DNA from: Candidatus Thorarchaeota archaeon
GTDB lineage: Archaea; Asgardarchaeota; Thorarchaeia; Thorarchaeales; Thorarchaeaceae
Assembly (NCBI GenBank): GCA_029855935.1
Contig: JAGSHN010000006.1
Span: forward strand, 1 to 39,942
Length of the DNA stretch: 39,942 nucleotides
Reading direction: 5' to 3'
The position numbers were made by a program, and so were the translations under genes. Every line of letters begins with the position of its first letter. The stretch's first letter is position 1. Positions 1 to 10,196 of this stretch are shown one piece after another. A model generated the notes under the pieces. The model saw only the letters and a program-made list of their open reading frames with translations. It ran no database searches and was not told the origin of the DNA.

Positions 1-189
1 CTGCAACACGTGCGCGCTATTGACATTTGCCATTTCACTTCTGGCACTCATTGCGACGATACTGTAGGAGCCTTCTCCGCTTGCTGACGGGGGCCGTCCA
101 TTACCCGTTTGGTACGGCAACTATTTAGGCCGCGCGACCAATCAGAGGCGTGACACACACAGGATAGTACGTGGCAAGGAGCTCATTTG

Positions 190-678
190 ATGAATGACAT
201 TGGTTCCATCAGCAACGACGTGGTGCGGCTCTTTGAGAGGCTGGCAGGGTGGCTGGGCCTTGGTGCCAACACCGCACCCACTCTTGCAGTCCTGTTCTTC
301 GAGAAGTATCGCACTGGGAGAATGTTGAGTTCGGAAGAGCTTAGTCGCAGGACTGGCTATTCTCGTGCGGGAACGGGGATGGTCCTTGCGGAGCTGCTCG
401 ACGCCGGTGTTGTGTATCGCCAAAAGGACCCAGATCAGACAGGCAGGGGCCGAAAGAGGATATTGTATGCCGTCAATGGGGACTTTGCAACTCTGTTCGT
501 CCTTGGAATCAAGAGAATGACCGAGAGCCTCCGCAGTATGCGCGATCAGATTACTGAGTTGCTGAACAGCTCGCCCAATGAGGGTGGCCTTCTCAGAATG
601 CTCAGAGACCTGCACAGACGTGTCTGTGAGGGTATTGAATGCCTTGAGAGACTGCCGAAACTCCCGCCCGACAACTAG
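190..678 (+). CDS. MarR/GbsR-like winged-helix transcriptional regulator
   Basis: HTH pattern LSSEELSRRTGYSRAGTGMVLAELLDAGVV, followed by a wing (GRGRKRILY) and a helical C-terminus. ATG at 190 follows TTG at 187. Confidence 0.75.
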   Translation: MNDIGSISNDVVRLFERLAGWLGLGANTAPTLAVLFFEKYRTGRMLSSEELSRRTGYSRAGTGMVLAELLDAGVVYRQKDPDQTGRGRKRILYAVNGDFATLFVLGIKRMTESLRSMRDQITELLNSSPNEGGLLRMLRDLHRRVCEGIECLERLPKLPPDN

Positions 679-766
679 GCAGGGAGATCACTGTTCGACC
701 GTGACCTGTGAGAGCGAGAGAGAGGCCGACCGGAGAGGCCGGCCCCCACGTTCGATGAGGCTACCC

Positions 767-2266
767 TCACTCCTCTTCCTGTTCTTCGTTCTCGTGACCC
801 AGTCGCTTTCCACCCTTGAATCTACGACTCTCATCCACAACGAGCCGCTTCCTGTCTGGCGAGGAGAGTCTGTGACCAGGCCGCCCCCCAGGTATACCTG
901 TCGTGCGCTCGGTGGGCCATGCCTCACCCGGTCCCGGAGCGGCCTCCGCAATCTCCTCGTCAAAGGTCTCGGGTGTGATCGCCTCACCCGCCTCACGGGC
1001 ATGTTCCAGCACACGACGGGTCCGCTCCACAGTGAGATAGTATACCGAAGTGATGATTGCGGCGAGCGGGAATGCAATCAGCTTTGCTATATCCTGGAAT
1101 AGAAAGACCGTGTAGCTGGTCGCAGCGCTCCAGTTGAGCATATACCAGCCCCCCAGCAGGCTATTGGGCGCAGTGGCGGTGACCGCGATGATTGTGCTCA
1201 CATAGATGTAGCCACTCGCAAGGAAAAAGGTGACCAGAGGACCAAAGTCGCGGAGCCGCGCGCGCGTCTCTTCGACGACCTCGGTCATAGTGTGACCAAC
1301 ACCAGCAAGACCGTATGCGAGGAAGAACAGGGTCATCAGGACATCCTGAACCTCTATCACTGGAGCACCCGTCCGGCGTATCACGTTGAAGAGGAAATAT
1401 CCTGAGTACACACCGACGAACAGGACGAGCAACGAGATGTTGAGCGCAGCACCGCGTCCCGCATACCTGAGGTAGCTGATCAGTGAGACCAGCACAAACA
1501 GTGCAAGAAGGCCCATAGCCACTACCAGTGCATTCCAATGCATCAGTATATTGCCCACTGCGTTCGGAAACACTGCACTGACGGCAGTGCCCAGACCGAG
1601 GACATCATTCGGTATGAGAACAAGGGCGGCCAGGATCTCCGCACCAATCACGCCAATTCCCACAATCAATATGACAAAGCTCAGCACGGTGATGGCGACA
1701 GAGCCCTTCTTCGGCTCAGCAATCGTCGCCAGTCTGAGACTTGTCCGTGAGGAGAGATAGGCCTGAAACGCAATCCAGCCCACCCATCCGAAGATTGCAA
1801 AGAACAGCAGAGCCGACTCTCCAACCCCAATGGAGAGGAAGACGGCGACGGCAAACGAGATTGCCAGCCAAGCAGCTCCCTTAAGCTCATTGACCGGGCC
1901 ACGACCTCTGCGCGTTATCCACAGGCGGTCCAACCTCAGTCCCGTGAAGAGGGTGCCAAGCCCAAAGTAGATGGCACCTGTGGCGCCGACGTACACAAAG
2001 AATCCGACCAGCACGCGCTCAACTGATGTTCCGACAAAGAGTGTGATCAGCCAAGACACGAAGAGAGCAAGAAAGGTGGTCGCCACGAAGATCGTCGTAT
2101 AGGCGACGTATCTCTTGGTCTTGAACAGCACTCTCAGATCCGATACCATGTTTGACAAGATTGGTATCCGCAACTTCCATTCCTCCCTCACCTGTAGGCC
2201 CACGACTTCATTTAAGGTTTCTATGACTGGGTGTGGCGCCAAGATCATTCTAAGAATAGCCGCCAT
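767..2266 (-). CDS. Multi-pass (about 12 TM) membrane protein of unknown function with a charged cytoplasmic tail
   Basis: 499-aa ORF with many hydrophobic segments and a hydrophilic tail. TATA-like CTTAAG at 2301-2306. The start could be a later Met. Confidence 0.75.
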   Translation of the reverse strand: MAAILRMILAPHPVIETLNEVVGLQVREEWKLRIPILSNMVSDLRVLFKTKRYVAYTTIFVATTFLALFVSWLITLFVGTSVERVLVGFFVYVGATGAIYFGLGTLFTGLRLDRLWITRRGRGPVNELKGAAWLAISFAVAVFLSIGVGESALLFFAIFGWVGWIAFQAYLSSRTSLRLATIAEPKKGSVAITVLSFVILIVGIGVIGAEILAALVLIPNDVLGLGTAVSAVFPNAVGNILMHWNALVVAMGLLALFVLVSLISYLRYAGRGAALNISLLVLFVGVYSGYFLFNVIRRTGAPVIEVQDVLMTLFFLAYGLAGVGHTMTEVVEETRARLRDFGPLVTFFLASGYIYVSTIIAVTATAPNSLLGGWYMLNWSAATSYTVFLFQDIAKLIAFPLAAIITSVYYLTVERTRRVLEHAREAGEAITPETFDEEIAEAAPGPGEAWPTERTTGIPGGRPGHRLSSPDRKRLVVDESRRFKGGKRLGHENEEQEEE

Positions 2267-2511
2267 CTATGAAAAATCGAGCCTATGGGTTACAGGTATA
2301 CTTAAGAGCCGTTGCTCCCTGATGTGATGCGTGGCCAGGGCGAACGGAGGGCCTAGTTTTCGTAACGAAAATGCCCTCATTACACAAACTCCCCCCTCCT
2401 AACGACTTTCCCTCCGTCCCCTGACCACACCTCTTGAGGCGCACCGACCATGTCGGGGGGATGTCCACATATAGTATAATTGGAATCATTCCGACTAGTG
2501 CGTGGGTCGCA

Positions 2512-3576
2512 ATGCAGAATCCAGAGCAAGTCCCTGTCCTGAGTGTTGCAGTTGTAGTGACAGCCGTTTCGCTGCTCGTGATCTACCGTGCAGCACTGCG
2601 CACCAGGAGAATTCCAGCGATATTCTACGCGGTCGCCATAACAGCATTCTCTGGAATGGCACTCGACCTGCTTCTCGATCAGACGTTCTTGCCGTTCAGG
2701 AGGCTCCGGATTATCATATCCGGGCAGACCCTATGGGCATCAAATTTGCTCCTCACAATCTTCATCATAGTAGGGTATCTGGCGTGGTACCTTGCCATCA
2801 TCTACTCGGAGTTCGAGCACCCACCGCGGCGCACATTTCTTGTCGCATTCCTTGCAGGGGGCGCACTGACCGCTGAGATAGAACGGGCAGAGTGGTCCCT
2901 GATGATACCTCTGACTCTCGAGATCACCGGATTCGCCATCCTCACTCTTGAGATAGCAAACTACGCGCGCAAGGTCATTCGAAACGTCAAGACTGTGGAG
3001 GAGAGAAAGAAGCTCGCAACGTACTTCGTCGGGTTCATCGTATGGATTATGGCAGGACCAGTAGGTGTCGTTGGCGATGTTCTCGACTATCTTGGCACGT
3101 GGATAAAGGTCCTGTGGGTCCTCCCATATTCGATAGGTCTGCTCCTGGTGTCGGTCAGCGTGGCACTCAATCCCAGGCTACTGTTCGTCAGCGAGGTCCG
3201 GGTCAGAGACTATCTTGTGCTCGACAACGAGGGAACACTCATCTTCACACACCGCTTCGTCGAGGACGAGACATCGACCGACATCGAACTCCTTGGTTCC
3301 GCGTTCTCCGGAATCATCTCATTGATGAAAGAGATGCTCTCTGCTGGGAGACCAATCAGCGGCATAGACCATGGAGATGCGAAGGTGATGATTGAGCGCG
3401 GACCGCAGACCACACATGTCCTCGTGGCGACACGCGAGACACCGTCGCTTCGCCAGGCACTGCGAAATCTAGTCTTGGAGTTCGAAGCAAACTTCCGCGA
3501 GGCTCTGCAGGAAGACAGGTCGCTCACCATAATGTTCGAGCCTTTTAGGGAACGGGTGACCGAGGTCCTTGGGTGA
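2512..3576 (+). CDS. About 7-TM membrane protein fused to a C-terminal longin/roadblock-like domain
   Basis: About 7 hydrophobic helices, then DYLVLDNEGTLIFTHRF...DIELLGSAFSGIISLMKEM...IDHGDAKVMIERG...LVLEFEANF, the beta-beta-alpha-beta-beta-beta-alpha longin pattern. An AT-rich box at 2469-2481 favours ATG 2512. Confidence 0.7.
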   Translation: MQNPEQVPVLSVAVVVTAVSLLVIYRAALRTRRIPAIFYAVAITAFSGMALDLLLDQTFLPFRRLRIIISGQTLWASNLLLTIFIIVGYLAWYLAIIYSEFEHPPRRTFLVAFLAGGALTAEIERAEWSLMIPLTLEITGFAILTLEIANYARKVIRNVKTVEERKKLATYFVGFIVWIMAGPVGVVGDVLDYLGTWIKVLWVLPYSIGLLLVSVSVALNPRLLFVSEVRVRDYLVLDNEGTLIFTHRFVEDETSTDIELLGSAFSGIISLMKEMLSAGRPISGIDHGDAKVMIERGPQTTHVLVATRETPSLRQALRNLVLEFEANFREALQEDRSLTIMFEPFRERVTEVLG

Positions 3577-3815
3577 ACTGCGGGCTCGGTACAGATATCT
3601 GACGGGGATATTTCCTCGACGCTTGACTTGAGGGTAACACGTGTGAGTGGTAACACAATGACATTGAAGTGCAGGTTGTGAGACGATCCGCATGATCGCC
3701 CGGAGTGGGCTCTATGCCCACCGACCGCATAGAGAGAGCGCCACCACATACTCACGGGCCGTCCTGTGACGGCCCACTATCTGCTTGCTTCCTCAGCCAT
3801 CACCCCGTGCTGTGT

Positions 3816-5282
3816 TCACTGATGTTCACGTTCCCGGCGTTCTCTCTCGGCAATCTCGAACACGTCTTCTCTGGGTCGTGTCATTCTCGCAGGAGACAGC
3901 AGCTCGTCGAGCGTCCGCTCGTCCAGCAGGCCCTCCTCAAGGACTATCTCTCTGACAGGACGCCCAGTCTCAAGCGCCTTCTTCGCAATCCGCGAGGCAG
4001 CCTTGTAGCCAATGACGGGATTGAGTGCGGTCACAAGGCCGACGCTCCTGTACACAACCTCAAGGCCCTTCGGATTCGGCCCTATGCCCTTGATACATTT
4101 CTCCGTCAGGATGGGAATCGCGTTTCGCAGCAGCTTCAAGGCCTGGAAAAAGTTGTAGGCAATTAGCGGCTCGAAAGCGTTGAGTTCCAACTGGCCAGCT
4201 TGTGCTGCGAGCGTGATGACATTGTCGTGGCCCATCACCATATACGCACACTGAATCATCATCTCAGGGATGACGGGATTGATCTTGCCCGGCATTATCG
4301 AAGACCCCGGCTGAACTGCTGGTAGGACTATCTCGTGAAACCCTCCCACAGGACCACTGGACAGCAGAATGAGATCGTGGCAGATCTTGCTCAGGTTCGC
4401 TGCGAGTACTCTCAAAAGACCGGAGGCGTGAACGAACTCGTCGCTGTTCTGAGTGTCATCAATAAGATTCTCAGCCGTCACAAGGTCGTGAATGCCCGTC
4501 ACCTCACGCAGGTATTTCTGCGCTAGGCGGATATAGTGCGGGTCGGCGTTCAGAGACGTGCCAATGGCCGTTGCGCCTATGTTGTGAGTCTTTAGCACCT
4601 CACGTGCAGCACCAATTCGAAGAAGGTCGCGCTTCAGACAACCCGACCAGGCAGCGAACTCCTGCCCGAGCGTTATTGGAACCGCGTCCTGCATCTCGGT
4701 GCGACCCAGCTTGAGGACATCCTTGTACTCCTCAGCCTTGTCATCAAGAGCTACTATCAGCTGGCCGAGCACGTCAGAGAGTTCGTCGAGACCATATATG
4801 GTGGCAATCTTGATGGCAGTTGGATAGACATCATTGGTGCTCTGGGACATGTTCACGTGGTCGTTGGCGTTGATGGGCGACTGGGAGTTGCGCGGATAGC
4901 CAAGTATCTCGTTCGCACGTGATGCTATCACCTCGTTCGCGTTCATATTCGTCGAGGTGCCAGCACCGCCCTGAAAGACATCTACGCAGAACTGGTCGTG
5001 GAGCTTTCCCTCGATGATCTCGTCGCAGGCTTGAACAATGGCGTCTGCATAGTCCTCACGAAGGTGACCGAGGTCCTTGTTCGCCAGCGCGCACGCCTTC
5101 TTCACCATGGCAAGCGCCTTTACCAGCTTGGTATAGTTACTCAGCGGTACAAGAGAGACGCCAAAGTTCTCCACCGCTCTCAGCGTCTGGACACCCCAAT
5201 AGGCATCACGGGGGATCTTGCGTGTGCCCAGCAGGTCAGACTCTTCACGATAGTCGCCAGAGTTCTCAGTTGTCGTGTTCAT
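3816..5282 (-). CDS. aspA: Aspartate ammonia-lyase (fumarase/aspartase superfamily)
   Basis: Motifs YWGVQTLRAVENF, QGGAGTSTNMNANE, SQSTNDVYPT, GRTEMQDAVP and the signature GSSIMPGKINP. GGAGG SD before ATG 5282. Confidence 0.93.
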   Translation of the reverse strand: MNTTTENSGDYREESDLLGTRKIPRDAYWGVQTLRAVENFGVSLVPLSNYTKLVKALAMVKKACALANKDLGHLREDYADAIVQACDEIIEGKLHDQFCVDVFQGGAGTSTNMNANEVIASRANEILGYPRNSQSPINANDHVNMSQSTNDVYPTAIKIATIYGLDELSDVLGQLIVALDDKAEEYKDVLKLGRTEMQDAVPITLGQEFAAWSGCLKRDLLRIGAAREVLKTHNIGATAIGTSLNADPHYIRLAQKYLREVTGIHDLVTAENLIDDTQNSDEFVHASGLLRVLAANLSKICHDLILLSSGPVGGFHEIVLPAVQPGSSIMPGKINPVIPEMMIQCAYMVMGHDNVITLAAQAGQLELNAFEPLIAYNFFQALKLLRNAIPILTEKCIKGIGPNPKGLEVVYRSVGLVTALNPVIGYKAASRIAKKALETGRPVREIVLEEGLLDERTLDELLSPARMTRPREDVFEIAERERREREHQ

Positions 5283-5456
5283 CGCCTCCAAGGCTTGGCT
5301 CTAGTAGTGCTACCAATCCGTTTTCAGCATATTGGCTGCAGCCTCGCAACTCGGACTGTGCGACGGCCAGCCTCGGTCTTCCTGCTGACAGCATAGTTTC
5401 CGGACTGCTCCCTTCCATAGTGAAACCTGCCAGCCAACAGTCTCGCTTGCGTTACT

Positions 5457-5490
5457 GAAAGGAAAAAGAAGGGGGAGAGGGGAGGAAAAG
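5457..5490 (-). terminator. Oligo-pyrimidine/oligo-U archaeal terminator candidate
   Basis: The minus strand reads TTTTCCTCCCCTCTCCCCCTTCTTTTTCCTTTC just after the surface protein stop codon. Confidence 0.4.
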
Positions 5491-5494
5491 CCTC

Positions 5495-6400
5495 TCACCT
5501 CAAGAAGAGTCGCTTCACTATGAGAAGGATGACGACTATGCCCACCGCGCCAGCGGCCATCATGACTCCCGGCGACTGACCTAGAATATCCCCTACACCA
5601 GGGAGATGACCACCGCTCTCCTCCGTGGATGAGGTAGTCGTGGTCTCGGTCGTCGTCTCACCCGTTGTACCAGAGTGAGCAAAGGATATTGTGATTGTCT
5701 CCGAGACACTCCAATTGCCGCGTGTGTCATTGGCGTAGGCCTTGAAGCTGAGAATCTCACCATCAAGTACGGGACCGAGACTGCGGTAGTAGACCATGTT
5801 GGCCTCGTCGTACTCTAGGCTCACGTTCTCCCACGCGCCGCCGTTCCTCGACACCGAGAGAACGACGTACGAGACTCCACTAGGGTCACCGACAGCAAGG
5901 TAGGCAGTGACCTCATCCCCGGGAGACACATCGTCCGGAGCGTACCAGATCACTATCTCAGGACCTGTGCTGTCAGCAGCTGCTGTGACGTAGGAGAATG
6001 TCTCCGACTCACTCCAGTTGCCAAGGGTGTCATTCGCATACGCCTTGTACATCACCAACGTGCCCTCATCAGTGGTCGGCAGGGTGGACACATAGGCATC
6101 GCCCAGTAGCTCGGCCGTCTTGTTGACCCACGTCGAGCCGGCATCAATAGAGTATGACAGTATCACCGTGTCAACTCCATCAGCGTCCACAGCCGTTATG
6201 GACACAACGGGTATTTCCTCGTCTGTCGGCTGTTCTGGGTCAATGCTGACTGTGAGAGTCGGACCCGACTCATCGGCCGGTGTGTGACGCACCCAGACCG
6301 TGCCAATGCCCTCTGCAGTACCCGATGTGACCACACAAGGGACTGCAACGAGGAGAAAGAGGGATACAAGAATCAACACACTGCGTACCGTAGACTTCAT
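5495..6400 (-). CDS. Secreted, C-terminally anchored surface protein with two Ig-like repeats and a Thr-rich linker
   Basis: N-terminal signal peptide. Duplicated module (YKAYANDTLGNWSESET / FKAYANDTRGNWSVSET), TTGETTTETTTT linker, and a C-terminal TM ending in KRLFLR. Confidence 0.8.
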   Translation of the reverse strand: MKSTVRSVLILVSLFLLVAVPCVVTSGTAEGIGTVWVRHTPADESGPTLTVSIDPEQPTDEEIPVVSITAVDADGVDTVILSYSIDAGSTWVNKTAELLGDAYVSTLPTTDEGTLVMYKAYANDTLGNWSESETFSYVTAAADSTGPEIVIWYAPDDVSPGDEVTAYLAVGDPSGVSYVVLSVSRNGGAWENVSLEYDEANMVYYRSLGPVLDGEILSFKAYANDTRGNWSVSETITISFAHSGTTGETTTETTTTSSTEESGGHLPGVGDILGQSPGVMMAAGAVGIVVILLIVKRLFLR

Positions 6401-6620
6401 TGCTATCGCCCCTGAACTTACAATGAAATCATTGGCGAGTGTTAGGTTTCAAAGTGGTAGTCCGGGGTCACCCCTATGCGTCTATATGTAAAACTATCGC
6501 TGAGACACAATTCGGCTACACACCGCAGACTCTGCGCCAAGCTCCAGTGCGGAGAACAAGGCCGTGTGTCACTGCCACAAGACATTAAGAGGGCATCCTA
6601 TGGTATTGATGTGAACCGCG

Positions 6621-7109
6621 ATGAATGAAGACTCGACTGCAGATAGGTATCATCACGGTGGTTTCATCGCCAAGACAGACCTCAAGACGCTCAGAGAGGG
6701 GGCCAAGAAGGTCCTTGTCACCTTCCGCGAGTTCATTCTCGGAGAGGATGGCTGCCTTATCCCCTTCGACGGTGATCTCAAGATCGGACAGTCACTCGTC
6801 TTCCGCGAGGACATAGAACTGCTGCCCGCCGAGGTCATTGCGACCAAGATCGATGAAGACACGTGGTATATATTCGCAGCCACCGAGACCCCCGAGAGTG
6901 GCTTTCCGACCACAAGGGACGCGATGAAAGTCGCGGCGGCAGAGGAGAAGAAGGTGAGAATCCTCCACGAGTTTCTGACGGACCACAAGGACGCAGAGGT
7001 CAGCCATGTCGACGACTGGATGCCATCGAAGCGGATGGATGCAGCGCGCGTTCTCGCCATAATACGCAGCGTCACCGAGAGGTTCGATCGCTGTTTCGCC
7101 GAGGACTGA
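6621..7109 (+). CDS. Hypothetical protein (162 aa)
   Basis: Host-like codon usage, acidic globular composition, TATA-like ATTAAG about 35 nt upstream. Confidence 0.65.
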   Translation: MNEDSTADRYHHGGFIAKTDLKTLREGAKKVLVTFREFILGEDGCLIPFDGDLKIGQSLVFREDIELLPAEVIATKIDEDTWYIFAATETPESGFPTTRDAMKVAAAEEKKVRILHEFLTDHKDAEVSHVDDWMPSKRMDAARVLAIIRSVTERFDRCFAED

Positions 7110-7170
7110 GGCGCGCCGCGATGGTTGCAACCTAGGAGCAGCAAAGAGGGGACAAATCAGAGACGCGAAG

Positions 7171-7178
7171 TTTTATAG
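7171..7178 (+). promoter_or_regulatory. TATA box (TTTTATAG) with upstream purine-rich BRE-like sequence
   Basis: GCGAAGTTTTATAGC about 35-40 nt upstream of ATG 7213. Confidence 0.5.
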
Positions 7179-7212
7179 CAGCCGCTTGGGGGGACTCGGT
7201 CGGCGCTAGACC

Positions 7213-7812
7213 ATGCAACGTCTGAAGAGAGTCCTGAGATGGAATGAGCGGTCAGACACCGTCAAGACTGCCATTCTCGCCCTCATTGTGATTGGTGCCA
7301 CGTTCGGCGGGTACGGCGTCTTCATGGTCGCAATGGGGACCAGCACACCTCTTGTGGTCGTCACCAGTGAGTCGATGGTTCCCACGCTTCAGGTCGGCGA
7401 CCTGCTCGTGTTGCAGAGGCCAGCCGAGGATCAGATTCACGTGGGAGACATCATTGTCTACAATGCCGACTGGTTCTCCGGAGCGCCAATCGTCCACAGG
7501 GTTGTGCGGATACAGGAGATTGGCGGTACCAAGTATTTCTACACCAAGGGGGACAACAACGCGCTGGAGGACCCCTCGCCGTGTACCTACGATGACATAC
7601 TCGGTGTCGTGATACTCAGAGTACCGTACGTGGGCCAGATCAGCCTCGCTGTCCGTTCTCTACTGAGCACACCCATCGGTGTCGTGACCCTCATTGTTGT
7701 GTTCGGGCTGATACTCTTCGGTCCGGAGGTCTTCTGCGGCAGACAGGGAGACAAGCAGGATGGGCAGGAAGGAGTGCCAAACACAGAAGAGAACACAGGG
7801 GGACAGGGATAG
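7213..7812 (+). CDS. sec11: Signal peptidase I, archaeal/ER type (S26B)
   Basis: Catalytic Ser in VVTSESMVPTLQVGD, His in PIVHRV, and TKGDNN. N- and C-terminal TM segments. Confidence 0.92.
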   Translation: MQRLKRVLRWNERSDTVKTAILALIVIGATFGGYGVFMVAMGTSTPLVVVTSESMVPTLQVGDLLVLQRPAEDQIHVGDIIVYNADWFSGAPIVHRVVRIQEIGGTKYFYTKGDNNALEDPSPCTYDDILGVVILRVPYVGQISLAVRSLLSTPIGVVTLIVVFGLILFGPEVFCGRQGDKQDGQEGVPNTEENTGGQG

Positions 7813-7910
7813 ATCGGGACAGGCCCAGAATCTCTGATCTCGGCCGAACGTCGATGGAGTCATCCAGCATTGGCCGCACCCGAATTTCAGAGAGAAGACG
7901 GTGACGTTGA

Positions 7911-9191
7911 ATGGATGCCTCAGAGAACGTAGAGGCTCGCGTCGACGGTAGGCTCTGGCGCCTCTCGCTGCTCACGGTCATCAACAGGTTCGCGAACTCC
8001 TTCACCGTCGTCGTCCTGCCCCTCTATGCGTTGGCCATTGGAACAGACGAGGCCTTCTACGGCCTCATGACCTCGGCAGCAGGCTACGTGCAGTCAGGCG
8101 TGCTCTTTCCTGCAGGGACCCTCAGTGACAGGAGGGGCAGAGGGCTGGCTCTCCTCGCAGGTGGGCTCATTGGTGGCGTGGCACTGATACTGCTACCATT
8201 CGCGACGTCGCCTCTCATCGCGCTGTTGACCTATGCCCTCACGGGTGCAGGCACAGGACTGACCGCATCCTCACTGCGTACGCTAATTGCAGACTACACA
8301 GCTAGGGGGTACGACAGGACCAGGTCGTACGGCATTGTTGATACACTTGGGGTCCTCGTTGCAGTCGCTGGGCCCTTCATCGGCGGCTACATACTCGACC
8401 CGCGGATGTTTCCGTGGCTCAGCGAGGAGATGTCGAGGTTCGTAGTGGTATTCCTGATAATGGGGGCGTCCAAGGTCGTCGCAGGCTTTCTTGGACTGAG
8501 CACCGAGATGTGGCTGAGGAGTCACACCACTCAAGGAGACCCACTACCTCGTGCGTCGATCATTGAGCCTGAGCTCTCAGAGCCGCTGACCGAGGAAGAG
8601 CTCCGGCAGAGCCGTGAGATCACTCTACTCTTTGGTCTTGCTCAACTAGTGATGGGCTTCAGTTCGGGGATGGTCGTGCCATATCTCATACCGTGGGTGA
8701 ATGCAGCCTTCAGGCCTGATCCTTTCGTTCTCGGTATGTTGCCGTCGGTCGCCAACATCTCTCTTGCAACTGGTACCCTGTTCGTTGGGCTCACAAGTGA
8801 GAGAGCAGGTAAGATCAAGGTGGTCTTCCTCCTGTATCTCGCGACACCGTTTCTCACAATGGGCCTTGTCTATGCCCCAGCCTTCATCGTCATGGCCGTG
8901 TTCTTCATCAGCCGGATGTCAGTCGCAAACATGGTGCGGCCCGCGACAACGTCCCTCTTTATGGAGGGGGTGAGCACCCGCTACAGAGCGAGAGCCTGGG
9001 CTGTAACACGACTGATGTGGACCTTCTCAAGACAGACAGGCACTCTTCTCACGGCACTGTTGTTGACGCAGGGACTGTTTGGTGGAATCGTCGGGTTTGG
9101 CATCCTCGTCTTTCCCGTTGCGATGATGTTCTATCCGGTGTCTGTGCTACCAATGTGGATTGCAGTGAAACGGATGAGGTCGAGAGCGTAG
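7911..9191 (+). CDS. MFS transporter
   Basis: About 12 TM segments. Motif A-like GTLSDRRGRG and a second-half counterpart GLTSERAGKIK. Confidence 0.9.
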   Translation: MDASENVEARVDGRLWRLSLLTVINRFANSFTVVVLPLYALAIGTDEAFYGLMTSAAGYVQSGVLFPAGTLSDRRGRGLALLAGGLIGGVALILLPFATSPLIALLTYALTGAGTGLTASSLRTLIADYTARGYDRTRSYGIVDTLGVLVAVAGPFIGGYILDPRMFPWLSEEMSRFVVVFLIMGASKVVAGFLGLSTEMWLRSHTTQGDPLPRASIIEPELSEPLTEEELRQSREITLLFGLAQLVMGFSSGMVVPYLIPWVNAAFRPDPFVLGMLPSVANISLATGTLFVGLTSERAGKIKVVFLLYLATPFLTMGLVYAPAFIVMAVFFISRMSVANMVRPATTSLFMEGVSTRYRARAWAVTRLMWTFSRQTGTLLTALLLTQGLFGGIVGFGILVFPVAMMFYPVSVLPMWIAVKRMRSRA

Positions 9192-9336
9192 ACGCATCGG
9201 CACAACTCTCTTGCGGCCTTTGGCAGGGCAAGCAGTACTGGCGGCGACCGAGCGCGAGCCTGCCACTACGTTCCAGCAAGATTCATTATGTCAGACAGCC
9301 ACTCCCCCACAGACTCTGTTGTTGGGGTTTTGTGAC

Positions 9337-9984
9337 ATGAGAGTACCATCATCGAACCTCGAACTGCTGCCAAGACTCGTTGGTGCGGCCGTGTCCCTGG
9401 TCGCCGCGCTGTTGCTACTCCCCTACGGAGATGGTGTCTTTTCTGCACTGATGTTCATTCCTGCTACGGGAGTAGTGTGCCGCAGACGCGGAGAGACTCA
9501 AGGAGTCGTTTCCTCGAAAAAGGTCGCCCCAAGGACTCCCGTTGTTGAGGAGTGGACGCCAGAGGTTGAAGTACCTCGCGCGGAACTGGTGGAGCTCCCG
9601 ATAGAGACCATAGAGGGCATCGGCCCTGTGTACGGCAAGAGACTTCGGGAGGCTGGGATCGCCACTGTTCAGGACCTGCTGGCCTCAAGGCCAGATGACG
9701 TTGCAAAGATCTGCGATGTCAGCGAGGATGAGGCACAGCGGTGGATTGCAATGAGCCGGTTCTGTTGGCTGCAGAGCATCTCTGAGGAAGATGCCGAGGC
9801 TATTGTCTACGCGGCGGGCATCAGCACCCTGAAGGAGCTGGCCAACGCAGACCCGGAGAGGCTTCTCGCCGATGTCCGGGAGGGCGTCGAGCTTGGCCAC
9901 GTTCAAGTGCCAGAGGGATACGAGTTCACTCTTGAGATGGTCAAGAAATGGATTGATGAGGCGAAAGACCTCACTGAGGAGTGA
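9337..9984 (+). CDS. Membrane-anchored helix-hairpin-helix protein (DUF4332-like)
   Basis: N-terminal hydrophobic segments, then LPIETIEGIGPVYGKRLREAGIATVQDLL and a second repeat AAGISTLKELANAD...VKKWIDEAK. Confidence 0.75.
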   Translation: MRVPSSNLELLPRLVGAAVSLVAALLLLPYGDGVFSALMFIPATGVVCRRRGETQGVVSSKKVAPRTPVVEEWTPEVEVPRAELVELPIETIEGIGPVYGKRLREAGIATVQDLLASRPDDVAKICDVSEDEAQRWIAMSRFCWLQSISEEDAEAIVYAAGISTLKELANADPERLLADVREGVELGHVQVPEGYEFTLEMVKKWIDEAKDLTEE

Positions 9985-10196
9985 GTACAGCGGACGGGAC
10001 GGGGCGGAATGCCTCGTCCACCAATCTTTCTCAAGTTACTGTTGGTGTGTTCTAGGGTCGGAGTATAGTGCGCATCACAGCAGGGGCAGAGTACCTGTCA
10101 GGCGACTCTCCACACCCGACAGCGAAGCCCATAAATAGGGACGCCATCCTCGCCGGAGTCGGTCGTGACGCCGTATCAGCGTCAGATAGATGGTGA

